A stretch of DNA of 62,481 bases, counting the filler, from Rhabdomonas costata (taxonomy: Eukaryota), in the NCBI GenBank assembly GCA_019059605.1. It is 31 parts of 31 records of this genome, joined end to end, with 100 filler letters (N's around TTAATTAATTAA, not from the genome) between each part and the next. Parts side by side here need not be neighbours in the genome. Positions count along the whole stretch, not along the records: positions 26,247 to 28,165 come from JAHMHO010007378.1; positions 28,266 to 30,184 come from JAHMHO010007379.1; positions 30,285 to 32,203 come from JAHMHO010007380.1; positions 32,304 to 34,221 come from JAHMHO010007381.1; positions 34,322 to 36,239 come from JAHMHO010007382.1; positions 36,340 to 38,258 come from JAHMHO010007383.1; positions 38,359 to 40,278 come from JAHMHO010007384.1; 24 more parts are not named here. One strand, given 5' to 3'. This document shows positions 26,550 to 38,676 of this stretch, in pieces (positions within the stretch are counted from its first letter, which is position 1; the number at the start of each line of letters is the position of its first letter). The position numbers and the translations under genes were made by a program. The notes under the pieces are model-generated. The model made no database searches. It was not told the origin of the DNA and saw only the letters and a list, made by a program, of their open reading frames with translations.

Positions 26550-28100
26550 CTTCAACTTCAGCCTCTTTCGAGTATGGAATCCACACTGGGTCCAGTTCTT
26601 CAACATCATTTAACTCGCCATCTTAGTCTGGTCTTCTAAATGGCTTTTGACTTCAACGTGAATTGTATTCATATGTTGAGTTGAGAAGACTCGCCGCCAC
26701 AACTTATTGAACCTTCACTTGAGTCAATTTGAGTCATACCTTTACATTCCTCTAAGCTTTCCACTGGAGTTATCGACGCCGATTGTGTTAAGACACTTCC
26801 TCCAGCTGCACAACGTTCCAGATCTCCTTATGACTCAAAAAAGTAACTCTCTGATATGGACCTCTCTGCAGATAAAGATCCATCCTCAGCTGGATCTGGC
26901 GCATATCATGGATCGTCTGATACTTGACTAACACCTTCATCTTCCTCCTCTGGTAACATCACCACGGTATCCAAAACTCGCGTCTCGTAAAGGATGATGT
27001 CTCTGGAGTCGATCACTGGATGTAATCTACCTCTCAGCTCCTTTTTTATATCCAGAACAAAATTTGTGTCAGTAATCTCCTTCACAATGGTAAGTTGTCC
27101 TAAGTCTTTTGGAATCAGCATCCATCTTTGTAATCAGTACATCCTGTTCAACATAAAACTGGTAATCCAAGTGACAGAAACCAGCTGTTCATGAAAAACT
27201 TTGCTGCTTTTGTGATGTGCAGGTTTGATGTGACTGAAGACCTCCCATTTTGCTCTTTTGTTTGCTATCTTGCGCGCGTTTGAGTTGAAACTCGAGAGTA
27301 ACAACCACTATAAAAACACTGGTAATCCGCTCTCTTGCAATTGTGGTGATACCAATAGTCGAGGTAAACTGGCTGTAATCCGTGTTGAAAATCTGGTTGC
27401 TTTTTATCGAAGTCTCGGTCAGCACCATAAAATCCATCCACGCTGTACCTGGGTGAGCGTTAATCAACATCAGAAACACTTGTTTCATCGTTGATTTGTT
27501 TGATCTGCCTGACCGTTTGTCTGATAATGGTACAGCGACGACATACTCAACTGTATATCCAGAAATCTCATTAGCTATTTTCAAAACAACGACATGAATA
27601 TCTGGTATCTATCACTCACAAATTTCCTAGGCAACCCATAATATCTAACTATTTCCCACCAAAAGAACTCAGCTATATCGTAAGCATTAATCGTATTCTG
27701 GAATGAAATCAACACCACAATCTTGTTCGCTCTATCCTTTATCACCTGACTACTTCCAGAGAACTTCCATGTCCACTCTGGCATTTTGACGAAGTCAATT
27801 GAGATGAACTACAACTTGTTAACTGGCACCTGCAGCACTTGGGTGTGACATCTCAGCAGATGATGATCCGCCTTGCAACTGTGACATTCTACATGTCCCT
27901 TGATGTTCTTAAACACAAACGTTCTCTTTATTATCGCTGAAGTTCTGGGCGATCCCAAATGTCCTGAGGCTTTGGAATCATGATATACCTACTCGCTGCA
28001 GCTGGTATGGCACCACAATATCACATAATTCCACTTCTTTGGGTCCAGAAGATCTGCTTCGTCACGTGGATGTGATCTCTCAGTATATCTGTGTCGATCC
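26550..28100 (-). mobile_element. Decayed Ty3/gypsy integrase region
   Basis: DIAEFFWWEIVRYYGLPRKFVSDR (integrase core) and PKDLGQLTIVKEITDTNFVLDI...LHPVI (GPY/F-like module); many stops. Confidence 0.85.
27169..27317 (-). repeat. Dispersed ~150-bp repeat, copy 2, nested in the gypsy integrase and flanked by an 11-bp direct repeat
   Basis: ACTGGTAATCC at 27158-27168 and 27318-27328; body homologous to 5706-5860. Confidence 0.85.
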
Positions 28101-29653
28101 AGTAGTCAGCGAGTAGGTATATCATGATTCCAAAGCCTCAGGACATTTGGGATCGCCCACACACANNNNNNNNNNNNNNNNNNNNNNNNNNNNNNNNNNN
28201 NNNNNNNNNTTAATTAATTAANNNNNNNNNNNNNNNNNNNNNNNNNNNNNNNNNNNNNNNNNNNNATTTAATGGTAACCATATACACGCTTCGGTATCTG
28301 CAAATTTCATAATAAGTTGGTGGCTGTCATAGCAGCTTCCACAATACCTGTGCCAATGTTGTTATTGTAAAAAAAATAGAATAAAATGGGCTTTTTAATG
28401 GTTTTCAGAACGTTTTGATCGTAATGTCATGGATCATTAAAACACATTCCAATTTTTGTGGAAGATATGGTACTGCAATTGACATTTGAGAGCTAAATTT
28501 TAAAACACGAGTAGGGAGATTGTTTTGGAAGAGTTTCTCCAAAGTTTTATTATAGACAATTTGTAGCGCAGGTGAGGCTATTCTATTAAAATGTAACCAT
28601 ATTACATTCTCGTATACGTTCTGAATGCGCACTTGCGCAACATGTTAGCAACTGTATCCACACTGTGTTTCGCGGACAAATTGTACTTGATACTCAATAT
28701 CGCCTGCAGCAATTCCTCACTGAAAACATTTCCTGCGTATAGGATACAGTCGTTAAATGCTAGTGACGTTCATCATCATCAGATAATGACAAACAAGCGC
28801 TGAAGTAACACTAGAAGTTTCATACACATAAAGTACGGTAGGCACTCAATTATATCACAACATTGGCTGACATTGGTTTGTTCGTTCATATCTAAACGTA
28901 CGTTTGATGACTTTACTGACCTTCTGCGTGTCGCCAAGCCCGCTGGATACAATCGCGCAGCTGCTCCTGAACGCGTTGAGATTTGTGTAGGGAGCTGCTC
29001 TCACCCTCTTGCGCCTGGTTTCCCTGTTGTCGTAGACGCCCTCAAGGGCAGCAACCGTAAAAAAGCAGTGAGGCACAATGAAGCATTGTTGTGGTGCATT
29101 GTCGATTTGTGGGGCAGGCATACGAGTTCGGCCGGAAAAACAATGGTGTGAAGCTCAACAGGCTTCAAGAGGCTGAAGAGGCGACCATTATTTACCTGCC
29201 GAAAAGGAGACCCCAACGTCACCATTGGAGCACTAGTGCTCGTTTTCCAGTTACGTTTTCCCTATAGCTCCAGCGAACTTCTGAATATCACTCTGTAGGT
29301 ACTTCTATCCTGCGCTTGTTGGGACCAATTTCCGGGAAAATGGTTCCAATCGACTGGAAGCGCTGTTGAGATGGGAACAAGACGTGGCGTTGAAGTATAG
29401 AAAAAGAGGTAGTTCAGTTGACCTTTCGAAAGGATCGGTATATTTTACGGACCCCGGCGGTTAGCATCTTCACAAAATGCACTGCGAAATCAAACCTGCA
29501 GGCTTCCGTAGCGTAAATCCTCACTCATGTTAGCTGGTTTTTCAGTGTAAAAGCCTTTGCTTGGCGGCGTCACTGTTTATATCTCTGATTTGTTGGTCAC
29601 CTGCACAGCTTTTTTCAGCGCTGCTCCGTGAAGCGCTCAGTTGCACCTCCGCA

Positions 29654-30017
29654 ATGGGTACGAAGGTGGCAATTATATTCGTGGTGGTCCTTCTCACAGC
29701 TGTGCTAGTGCATCACACCCTGCGTGCACCCTGCCAAAGAACTCCTTCCCAGCCAAGCGCGCCGCTTTTGGCAACCAGGGATGCCTTTGTGCGGGAGCAC
29801 TGCTACGCTAAGGGGCGTTGGGTTTTTGGAAAGCCCGGCAGTGCCCGCACAGGTGGGGTGGACGGGAGGTACCACTACCGCTGCAACCGCTCCGCGGAGT
29901 ACAACGAATCCCTGCGTTGGCAGTGGAACGTGAGCTCTCCGAAGAGCTGTGGTCTGATGCCGTGGGACACGGGGCGGCTGTGTGAGCTGCTGCGAGGACG
30001 CTCGATGCTGTTTTTTG
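29654..30017 (+). CDS. Trichome-birefringence-like / PC-esterase (SGNH) type II membrane protein, first exon
   Basis: Signal anchor, then CYAKGRWV...WQWNVSSPKSCGLMPWDTGRLCELLRGRSMLFFG followed by a GT donor, where the GDS motif is expected. Confidence 0.75.
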
Positions 30018-32848
30018 GTACACGTTTGTGACCGGAGAGTTGTTTTGACACGACGCGTACCCGTGCGGTAGCACCAGAAAGTGGGGAAAAGCTGGGAAAC
30101 GATTGAGAACAATACTTGATGTCTGGAACGGGTGCAGAATTGCAGGACTCGCTGTGTACCACAACACCCAAACACACCCACCACNNNNNNNNNNNNNNNN
30201 NNNNNNNNNNNNNNNNNNNNNNNNNNNNTTAATTAATTAANNNNNNNNNNNNNNNNNNNNNNNNNNNNNNNNNNNNNNNNNNNNGGGGAGACTGGGTTCC
30301 CCCCTTTGGAACAAGATTGATCACTTCGGGAAAGGGGGCGCATTTGTTGTTCAGCAACCGCAAAAAGTCCGATTTAGTGAGGGGGGGGACAAAATCAAGC
30401 AAAACCGTGGGTTTTTTTTTTGCCTAAAATGAAGGGAAAACGAAGCAGTGCTCAAGTACTACGCTCGTGAGTCTGGTGAGGATGCCAGAGAAGTTGGGGT
30501 GAAGCTTTGGCAATGGGAGTCTTGGCGGTGAAGGAGCGAAGTGAAAGCGCTTGTTGCAAAAAACGTGAAGAATGGCAGCCAGTCGAATTTCCATATGGGC
30601 GGAATCTGATGTGATGCGAATTGATGCTGTTTGCATCCTGAATTCTGGAATGGGTGTCTGCTCTGTGAAAAGTTTATTTCCTGAATCGCAGGTAATGCCC
30701 CTTCCTCTAGCACTAAACGGTACAAAAATCGTATTGGATGTTTCGCAGGTTGCTCTCTCTTTTTCCGACGTTTTCCTTTCCCGTTTTATTCACTGTTTTC
30801 GTTTGCGGCTTCCCTTCAGTCGTGCGATTGACCCGTGAAGACCATGCAGCGGGAAACATGCTCTCCGACCTCACCGCTGAGAAAGGCGCTTGCATCCCCT
30901 CCCTTCCCGTGCCATGTTGCTCTTGCATAAAGCAGATGGCGCTCCGCACAAAATGGGCTCTCGCCTCGGCACCTGAACCCGACGCTTAAGTTATTTTTCA
31001 GCACGGGTTACTACGTTCCTCCAGAACCATCGTCCCTCAAACGCGAAGCAGGGTGGCAATGGGGCAACTTATGCAAAAAGTCCACTGCTTAGGTCGGGGT
31101 CCGTGGGGGGAGCCGAGTGGCAGACAGCTGAGGAATCAAGATAATCAAGAGTGCCTGAGGGTAGGAGGACAACTGGGATCTGAATGCTTAAGCCCCAAAA
31201 AAGAAACTTGTAACGTAACTGATCCACCGAAAGCACACAGCATCAGGCCGCTATCAGTTCAAAACATCATTTCGGAAGACCCCTTCGAGCCAACGACCCA
31301 CGGGCAGACCCAGGCATCCGAGTCCGATCTTGCACTGCGGTGCGCCGCGCAGACAGCTGACAGAGGGCCGGAGGGAGGAGCACCCTAGCTTTATGCGAGC
31401 CTTTGCGCCATTCCAGCCTGCACACTCTGGGCACATATCTCGCGAATGCGGTAGGGAATGGACCAGATTACCAGGACATCAATTCGCATCACATCAGATT
31501 CCGCCCATATGGAAATTCGACTGGCTGCCATTCTTCACGTTTTTTGCAACAAGCGCTTTCACTTCGCTCCTTCACCGCCAAGACTCCCATTGCCAAAGCT
31601 TCACCCCAACTTTCTCTGGCATCCTCACCAGACTCACGGGCGTAGTACTTGAGCACTGCTTCGTTTTCCCTTCATTTTAGGCAAAAAAAAAACCCACGGT
31701 GTTGCTTGATTTTGTCCCCCCCCCTCACTAAATCGGACATTTTGCGGTTGCTGAACAACAAATGCGCCCCCTTTCCCGAAGTGATCAATCTTGTTCCAAA
31801 AGGGGGGAACCCAGTCTCCCAGAAAAACCAAACAAAAAGTGCACTTTCTTTTTCGAATCGGGCATTGCCATAAACAATGAGCGAAAACATGGATGGATTC
31901 GCTCATGCAGGTGCAATCCCAAAGTGACTTCAGGAATCTGCTTTTATGGGCAAATAGGGGCCGTTTGCTCCTTTTTGAAAATCGGAAGTCGAAAAGTCCT
32001 GTACATGGCCTGTTTTTACCAGGCATTCCGCGGCAACACATATATGTTCTGAAGGTAACTACATGAATACGGCACACATAAACCATTTGAAGGTAACACA
32101 ATTCTATTTTGACAAGGCAAAATCTTATGGTCCTAAATGCACACTGAAAATTCGAAAAACAGGTGCGTGCGGTCCCTGTCCAGCTGTTTTTGCCCCACAC
32201 ACCNNNNNNNNNNNNNNNNNNNNNNNNNNNNNNNNNNNNNNNNNNNNTTAATTAATTAANNNNNNNNNNNNNNNNNNNNNNNNNNNNNNNNNNNNNNNNN
32301 NNNTTTTGCTGTCGGTGGTTGCTTTAAGGCAACTGAAGGAAACTATTCATTTTGGTGTGCATCTTTCCTCGGAGTTCTGAGAGTTTGATGTTTGTGTGGG
32401 GAACTCTCACTTTTGAGATGAAACGGGCCATATCACTATAGTATAATGAAATTATAGTATAATGATAATGATATTTTAGTATAATGGCTATAATACCTCA
32501 TTATACGGGCACCCCCCCCTCCCAAGAATCATTTCCCCACAGTTGCTGAACAATGTGAAGCTCTTGAATTCGGATAACAAAAAGTACATAGTAAGTAGTT
32601 GCGCTGGTTCCATCGGTCAAGACTACTTGATTTCCGCTTCTTACAACCATATATACGCGCCTTCCTAATTCTTCCCATATATTGCGCTGAGTGATCATGT
32701 ATGGGTGTGGGTGTGCGACTATGCCATGTGAACTGCCTTGCCCCTCCATAGCCTCGTCGTAACTTCCTCCCCGCCTTTGTGATGTTTGTTTGGTTGACTC
32801 CGAGAGATGCGGAGCTTTGGCTCTCATCGAAGTTGCTGCCACTCATAG

Positions 32849-33169
32849 GCTCGGCCCACGGGCTATCCGCAGCAGGCCTACCCCGCCACGGGCTATCCGC
32901 AACAGGCCTACCCCGCTACAGGGTACGCCCAGCCCACCGCTGCCCCTGTGGCGAGCTTCCCCCAGGCCGGCGTGGCCTACCAGCAGCCCTACGTCGTGGG
33001 GTATCAGCCCCAGGCCTTCACCACAGGCTACGCCTCCGCGGGGTACGCCTACCCTGCCACCACGGGGTACGCCACCTCGGGCTTCGCGCCCCAGGGGCTG
33101 ACCCTGAGCTATGCTCAGCCGGCTCAGGCCTACGCCTACCCCACTAGTGGGTACCGCACCTTCTACTAA
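32849..33169 (+). CDS. Terminal exon of a Tyr/Pro/Ala/Gln-rich repetitive protein
   Basis: After a TAG acceptor: ARPTGYPQQAYPATGYPQQAYPATGYAQP...AYAYPTSGYRTFY-stop; very high GC3; tandem 27-nt unit. Confidence 0.75.
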   Translation, partial: ARPTGYPQQAYPATGYPQQAYPATGYAQPTAAPVASFPQAGVAYQQPYVVGYQPQAFTTGYASAGYAYPATTGYATSGFAPQGLTLSYAQPAQAYAYPTSGYRTFY

Positions 33170-35794
33170 ACGGGGTGCGGAGTAAGCAGTGCCCTCCAAC
33201 CCGGGCACTGGGGAGAAGGGAAGGGGAAGGGGGAATGGAGCTGTGGCTCAGTGTCTCACCTGAAGCGGAAAATTGGTGCAAGGATGTACTGAAATAGGGA
33301 CGTCACGTAAACCTGTCACGCCATTGCCGTGGTGTGTAGTGTCGGTATGTAGCTCGGTCTCTTGGCTGAATTGGAGTCCTATAATGTCGGGATACGCTGC
33401 ACAGCATACAATATTACGGTGGTTTTCAAAGAAATGGGTGGCAAGACGTTTTTCAAAGCAGGCGGACATGATCCCAACCCAAAGGACCCTCAAAGTGAGA
33501 CCGTTATCTGGATGACGAGCATATGTGAAGAGTGCTTTTCTTGCTTTTGGGGTTGTTTCATGACAGTTCTTTGTAAAGGACCATAATAAAACTGTTGGTA
33601 TTTGCTGGCAAGTCCGCTTGAGTTGAGACTGCTCTGGTTGAGGAGAGGTGTATTGAAGCTGCTGTGGAGAGGAGCTCTGTTGCGTTTTATGTTGGAGGGT
33701 AGTCTTTGCCATTCGCTTCTGCTGCTTTCGCTGCTGAGTGGGGTAAGACTGCTGCCCTTCCGAGATTGCCGAACATCGCAAGGGCATAGTGAGAGAGGAG
33801 TGGTGGGAGGTTGTATGAATTGGGTTTGAGGTGGAGTGACTCGGGTCACTCGGTCACTCTTTCTCTCTTTCGTGGTCATTGTCGGAGGGAACCGCTCCCG
33901 TCCGGAACGCGCGTGAAACGACGGAGAACCTCCCTCCGCTTTGTGCTCTGACTCATTCGTCAACCCCTCTTCCGTTTGTGGAATCGCTTTAAGCACTTTT
34001 TTTTTGGATGGAGAGCGGGCTTTTTCCGGTCGGTAGTATTTCTGTGGTCCCCACTGAATGCAAAAGCGACAACTGCGGCACGAAGTCGAGATCTCTGGCG
34101 CGGGAAGATCTGCCTTCTGGACGCACATGTAGAAATGGACAAGGCGGGCAAACACACTCACGCAGCGCTTCCTTGCCTTGCGTTTTGCTCTGCATGTAGA
34201 AGCACAATGCAGAGCAAAACCNNNNNNNNNNNNNNNNNNNNNNNNNNNNNNNNNNNNNNNNNNNNTTAATTAATTAANNNNNNNNNNNNNNNNNNNNNNN
34301 NNNNNNNNNNNNNNNNNNNNNATGGAGGGGAGGCATTCGAGGGACCGAGAATGCTGACAGTGGGGTTCATTGCTGGTCGCATGCTCCTACGTCGCATGCT
34401 CCCTAGATGTGGTGGTTCGTTGTTGCACCGCTGCGCGCTTCCACTCCTGGTACGGTCTCCTGTAGGTTGTTAGAGTAGTTGTTCATGATGGGAGAAGCGG
34501 CACACAAAACATCCTCATTATCTTGGCTGCTTGTCCTTTTCATTGCGTTTATCCCCTGAAAAACGATGGTGTCGTGAAGTTCGAGCAGCGGTTGCCGCTG
34601 GGCGGGTTTGGTCTGGATTACTCTATAAATTGGAGCTTTTTTCTTCCAAATGCGGTAGTTTTTACAACACGCCATGCCCAGTGCGGAAGAAGGTGAATCA
34701 TCGGATCACGACCTCCCGCGGCCTAGTGTTGCATGCCTTGAAGGCCTTGTCGTCCGAGTGGTTCCATGCCATTGGGAGCACATACGGTCCCTGAATAGCA
34801 GCCCAAAGCAAGGTAAACATTTTGGCTCAGGGCGTTGGGGGCCAGCACCGCCATCGGCAAGGTCCAAAAGCTTTGCGGGACGCATGGTGTCCCGCGCGGC
34901 CCAGCCGACGTAAGAGGAACGGGTTCGGAAAGACTTGGTCGAGACCACCATGCCGGCGCAAAGTTCGGCCACTCGCCGCTATCTTCCGGAGAATAGCACG
35001 ATGGTTGCAAAGGCGTCAAAGTGCTTTTGGGGCATGCCGCCCGGTCTTGTGCGGGCAGCTTGGGCACGGGCAGTTGCTGACGATGTTCCCCGCGGTAGAA
35101 ACCGGGCGGACACCAAAAGACCTTATGTTTTGTGTTTGTTTTGGGTAAACGTCCGGGACGTTGCGAGGGAGGAGGCGACCGGCGCGCTTCCGGAATTGCC
35201 AGTTCCCGGGTCGAGATCGGTGGCCCTGGTTTCGTGGACGCTGGCCGTTCCCATCGAGCGTCAAGCGTCTCTCGCCGCAGCGCCCTCCGACTTCAGCCGG
35301 TTGAGCCCGTGAAGTAACAGGTCTCCGGTGACCGCCGAATTGAAGCCCCGGGCCCAAGTCACGCAAAGGACGCCCAACTTTCTCGGCTTACAGTAAGGAA
35401 CTGCCCGCGCTTCGCCCAAGGCGTTTCGGCTTGCTCCCCTGCTCCGTTGGGCAGCATTCATGAAAGACGGCCGGTCACAAATCTGCTCTCCGCGGCTTAC
35501 TCGTCGACGAAGCCGGCAGATGGCGCGGGTGAAATCGACCTCAGCTGGTCCCCGAGGGAGGCTGCTGCTTTGACAAGTGCCAGGGCTCACCCGGGTTTGT
35601 GCTGCTGCTGCCCCTGCTGCTGCTGCACCGCTCCCGATGGAAGGGCAAGATGAGGCACAATGAGCGGGAAAGCGCACAACCTGAGAGGGAAGGAGAGATA
35701 GCGTCTGCGCGCGGTCGTGCGTGAGGTTGGCGATCATCAGAATGGGTGTAAGTGCATTTATGCCCCCCCTAACCACGTACCTCCCCCCCCAAAA

Positions 35795-35935
35795 GCTTCT
35801 ATTTTAATCCCGGGAACCGTGCATCGTCACCAAACCCCCTGCAAATCCATATATTAGAATCCCAGGGAAAACATACATCACTTCCTACCCCCCCTGCAAA
35901 CTCAGAAAGGGTACCAAAAAACTTCACAGCTCACC
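35795..35935 (+). repeat. Dispersed repeat with internal ~50-bp sub-repeats (see 25670-25815)
   Basis: cccctgcaaa occurs twice, each preceded by a tatt..aatccc..gg..catc unit; the tail acttcacagctca is shared with the other copy. Confidence 0.65.
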
Positions 35936-37099
35936 ATACCCGGGGGTGGGGCATAAATTCACTTGATAGGGGGCCATAGATGCACTAGCGCCTCAGAATG
36001 CCAGCCAGGATGCCCCTGCATCTCCTGCTGCTTCTGGCGGTGCTGGAGCCCCTCGGTGTGGGTGTGGGTGTGTTGGTGGACATAAAATTGATAAAGAAGC
36101 ATGAAAAAATTCGATTTAGGACTGGGGCATCACTGAAGAATGTACAACAATTTGCGTTCGCTTGGTTCTTTGGCACGTATTTCCTCCCAATTACAATTGG
36201 TTACCTTCAATAAAAATCATAAATCAGCAACTTTTACCGNNNNNNNNNNNNNNNNNNNNNNNNNNNNNNNNNNNNNNNNNNNNTTAATTAATTAANNNNN
36301 NNNNNNNNNNNNNNNNNNNNNNNNNNNNNNNNNNNNNNNAAGATACTAGTTGCTGAAACAGAATCCTAAGTGGGCAATCAAAGCTTTGTTTTATTTCGTT
36401 TTCACTGAACACCAGACAGTGAAAACGCAAGAAGGTCACATTGATAAAAGGTAATCCGGTTTTCTGCTTTGCTCAATGTACCAAACGTGCTCTAACGTTC
36501 AAACACCGTGCAAACACCACGCCGCAGTAACCTTGGCAACAGCTATGTGGCTTTCCTTGGCGAAGCAAGGCCAGGTCAAAGGGAAAACCAGAAAAAAAAG
36601 TTACTGGCCACCGTTAGCTCCCCCCTCCCCAACATCTTTTTTGCACCCGGGTTTCGCGGCTAAGCCCCAAGGTGGTCAGGTGTCAAAGCGGTGTACGAAA
36701 AAGATATGCACCAAGGGAAACAGAAGGGGTCAAGCCAGGGTTCGAAGTATTTCGTACATCGCTTATTACGAATTGGGGCGTGCGGGCGGGCAACAAAGAC
36801 ACCTAAGATTAAAAAGAACAGAGTGCTGCAGTAAGGGTCAGAAGTTCGAGAGGAAAAAATCCAGGGGACAAGGAAAACAAAAACAGAATGTGAGTGAGGT
36901 TGAGGGTGAAAACAGCCAACAAAAAACAACAGAAACGGCGTTCAACGAAGAGAGTGACGTTTGCACGCGAAGGGATATGAGAAAGTGGAAAGTGGCTTGC
37001 GTGTGTGGAAACCCGAAAGCAATCACACTTCAGACAGGGGTGTGGGGGGCAGGTTTACAGGTAAGCACGCAGTTGGGCACACTTTGCCTGGCTTCCAAC

Positions 37100-38166
37100 A
37101 CGTTATTTTACAAGCCGGGAGGTACCGGTTCAGTGCCGGCACAAGGTGAGGCCCTAGACCCCGAGACGCTGCCAGCAAGCCAGCTGGCAGCTCCCCAAAA
37201 ACCCCTCTACGAGGCCCACAAGGCCCTCGTGCGGATCCTCCAGCACACCGAGGACGCCCTGCGGGAGAAGGGTAAGATCCGCCAGACCATTGCAGTTGTC
37301 GATGAGGCTTGGGACTTTGTCACCCGGGACTCTAGGGTGACCGGTGTGGTCCAAGACGGGAAAGGGCTACACTCGAGCCCAAGTCGCAGAACTCCTGACC
37401 TACGTCAACGTCGGCGGTCGGGTTCAGTGACAAATCAAGGGAATGCCCATGGTATTGCCCGCTGTCCCGCCATCCTGGCATGCTACTCGCAGACATACCT
37501 TCTCGAGCCCCGAAGGTCCCTTGCGGTTTGCCGCTGCATCGACGATATTTACTCGGCAGGTGTGGCACTCCCCTCGCAAGACGCCTACAGCATGGAATAC
37601 AAGACCACAGCGAAGGGGAGCTCGGTTGTGTATCTCGGGGTTCCGTCTATGAGAAGGTTCGGGAGGACGGCACCAAGGTCCTCCACACCACGGTACATGA
37701 TCGGGAGGGGTCTTACCCTCACCACATCGTGCGTTACCCAGACCACGCCACAGTCGTCCCACCACAAGAACAACTTGGCGGAGTCATTATGGGGCGTCTG
37801 GTGCATTGCCAGGAGACCTGCAGCCATGGAGGACTTCAAGGAATCCGTGGCTACGGTCTTCCGCCAATGCCAACTGGCGGGGGCAGCAAAACAAAGGTCG
37901 AGAAAGTCTGGCGGCGCTTCCTCTTCCAGAGGTGGCACGCCTTCGACTGGGTGAAGGAGCTTCGGATATGGTTCCCCAAGGTCTGGGCGTTCCTTCTCAG
38001 GACGGACGGCAAACCCGGTCCCGAGCCGACAAAGCCAGTGCCATCTTTGCACGCCAGCGGCGGAGGCCGGTTTCTCCAAGTCTTTCGAGTCCCGCGCTTC
38101 ACACACACCCAGCCGACACCCGCCACGGGCGCCCCAGGAGCCAGACAGCAGGACTTCCAAATTTAG
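37100..38166 (+). mobile_element. Decayed Penelope-like element reverse transcriptase
   Basis: Across frameshifts: VAELLTYVNVGGRVQ*QIKGMPM, CRCIDDIY, VVYLGV, LHTTVHDREGSYPHHIVRYP, QLGGVIMGRLVHCQETCSH, MEDFKESV. These correspond to RT motifs B', C and E and a PLE-type thumb. Confidence 0.75.
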
Positions 38167-38676
38167 GAGTCAATTCAAGACGCTGGCGTAAAAAAGGTTT
38201 GTTAAGGTTTGGTTTAAAAAAGTCTTGTTGCGACTGCGCTGGTTCACGTAATGGTATTNNNNNNNNNNNNNNNNNNNNNNNNNNNNNNNNNNNNNNNNNN
38301 NNTTAATTAATTAANNNNNNNNNNNNNNNNNNNNNNNNNNNNNNNNNNNNNNNNNNNNGGTGTTTGGGAATGAAAACCACTAAATGCTTGATTGCATGGT
38401 TCTTCAATAGATCGAATGGATGCATCCAGCAACTCCCAAGGCAATTATGACTTTCCTTCGGGATGCTTCCACACACGCCGGTTCCCTTTTTTCCACAGAG
38501 CCCTTCTTTTCTTCCCTCTTTGTGCCGTGATGTGCCTTCTTGGGTGCGTGTGTGCACTCGTTACTGTGTGTCCGTTTTAAGGTGTATCGAAATCAGGTTT
38601 CATCTGGGCGCACCGTGCTCTCTATTCGCACTGTCTCGTGCTGTCCCCACTGCCCGCCAGTGGGGGTGGCTCACAT

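Noticed and set aside
27946..28159. Perfect 53-bp inverted repeat
   Set aside because: It is a terminal, exact copy inside otherwise decayed gypsy sequence; probable fold-back artefact.
29165..29215. Hammerhead-like CTGAAGA...GAAA core (also CTGATGA near 6678)
   Set aside because: Stems I and III and the NUH site cannot be formed.
30286..31820. About 340-bp inverted repeats (30286-30626 / 31477-31820) as transposon TIRs
   Set aside because: The left arm starts exactly at the contig start and there is no transposase or target duplication. The few differences fit low-coverage errors, so a chimera is more likely, though a real foldback element is not fully excluded.
36476..37954. 492-aa ORF as an intact gene
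   Set aside because: It is a composite of non-coding-like 5' sequence and frameshifted Penelope-like RT segments.
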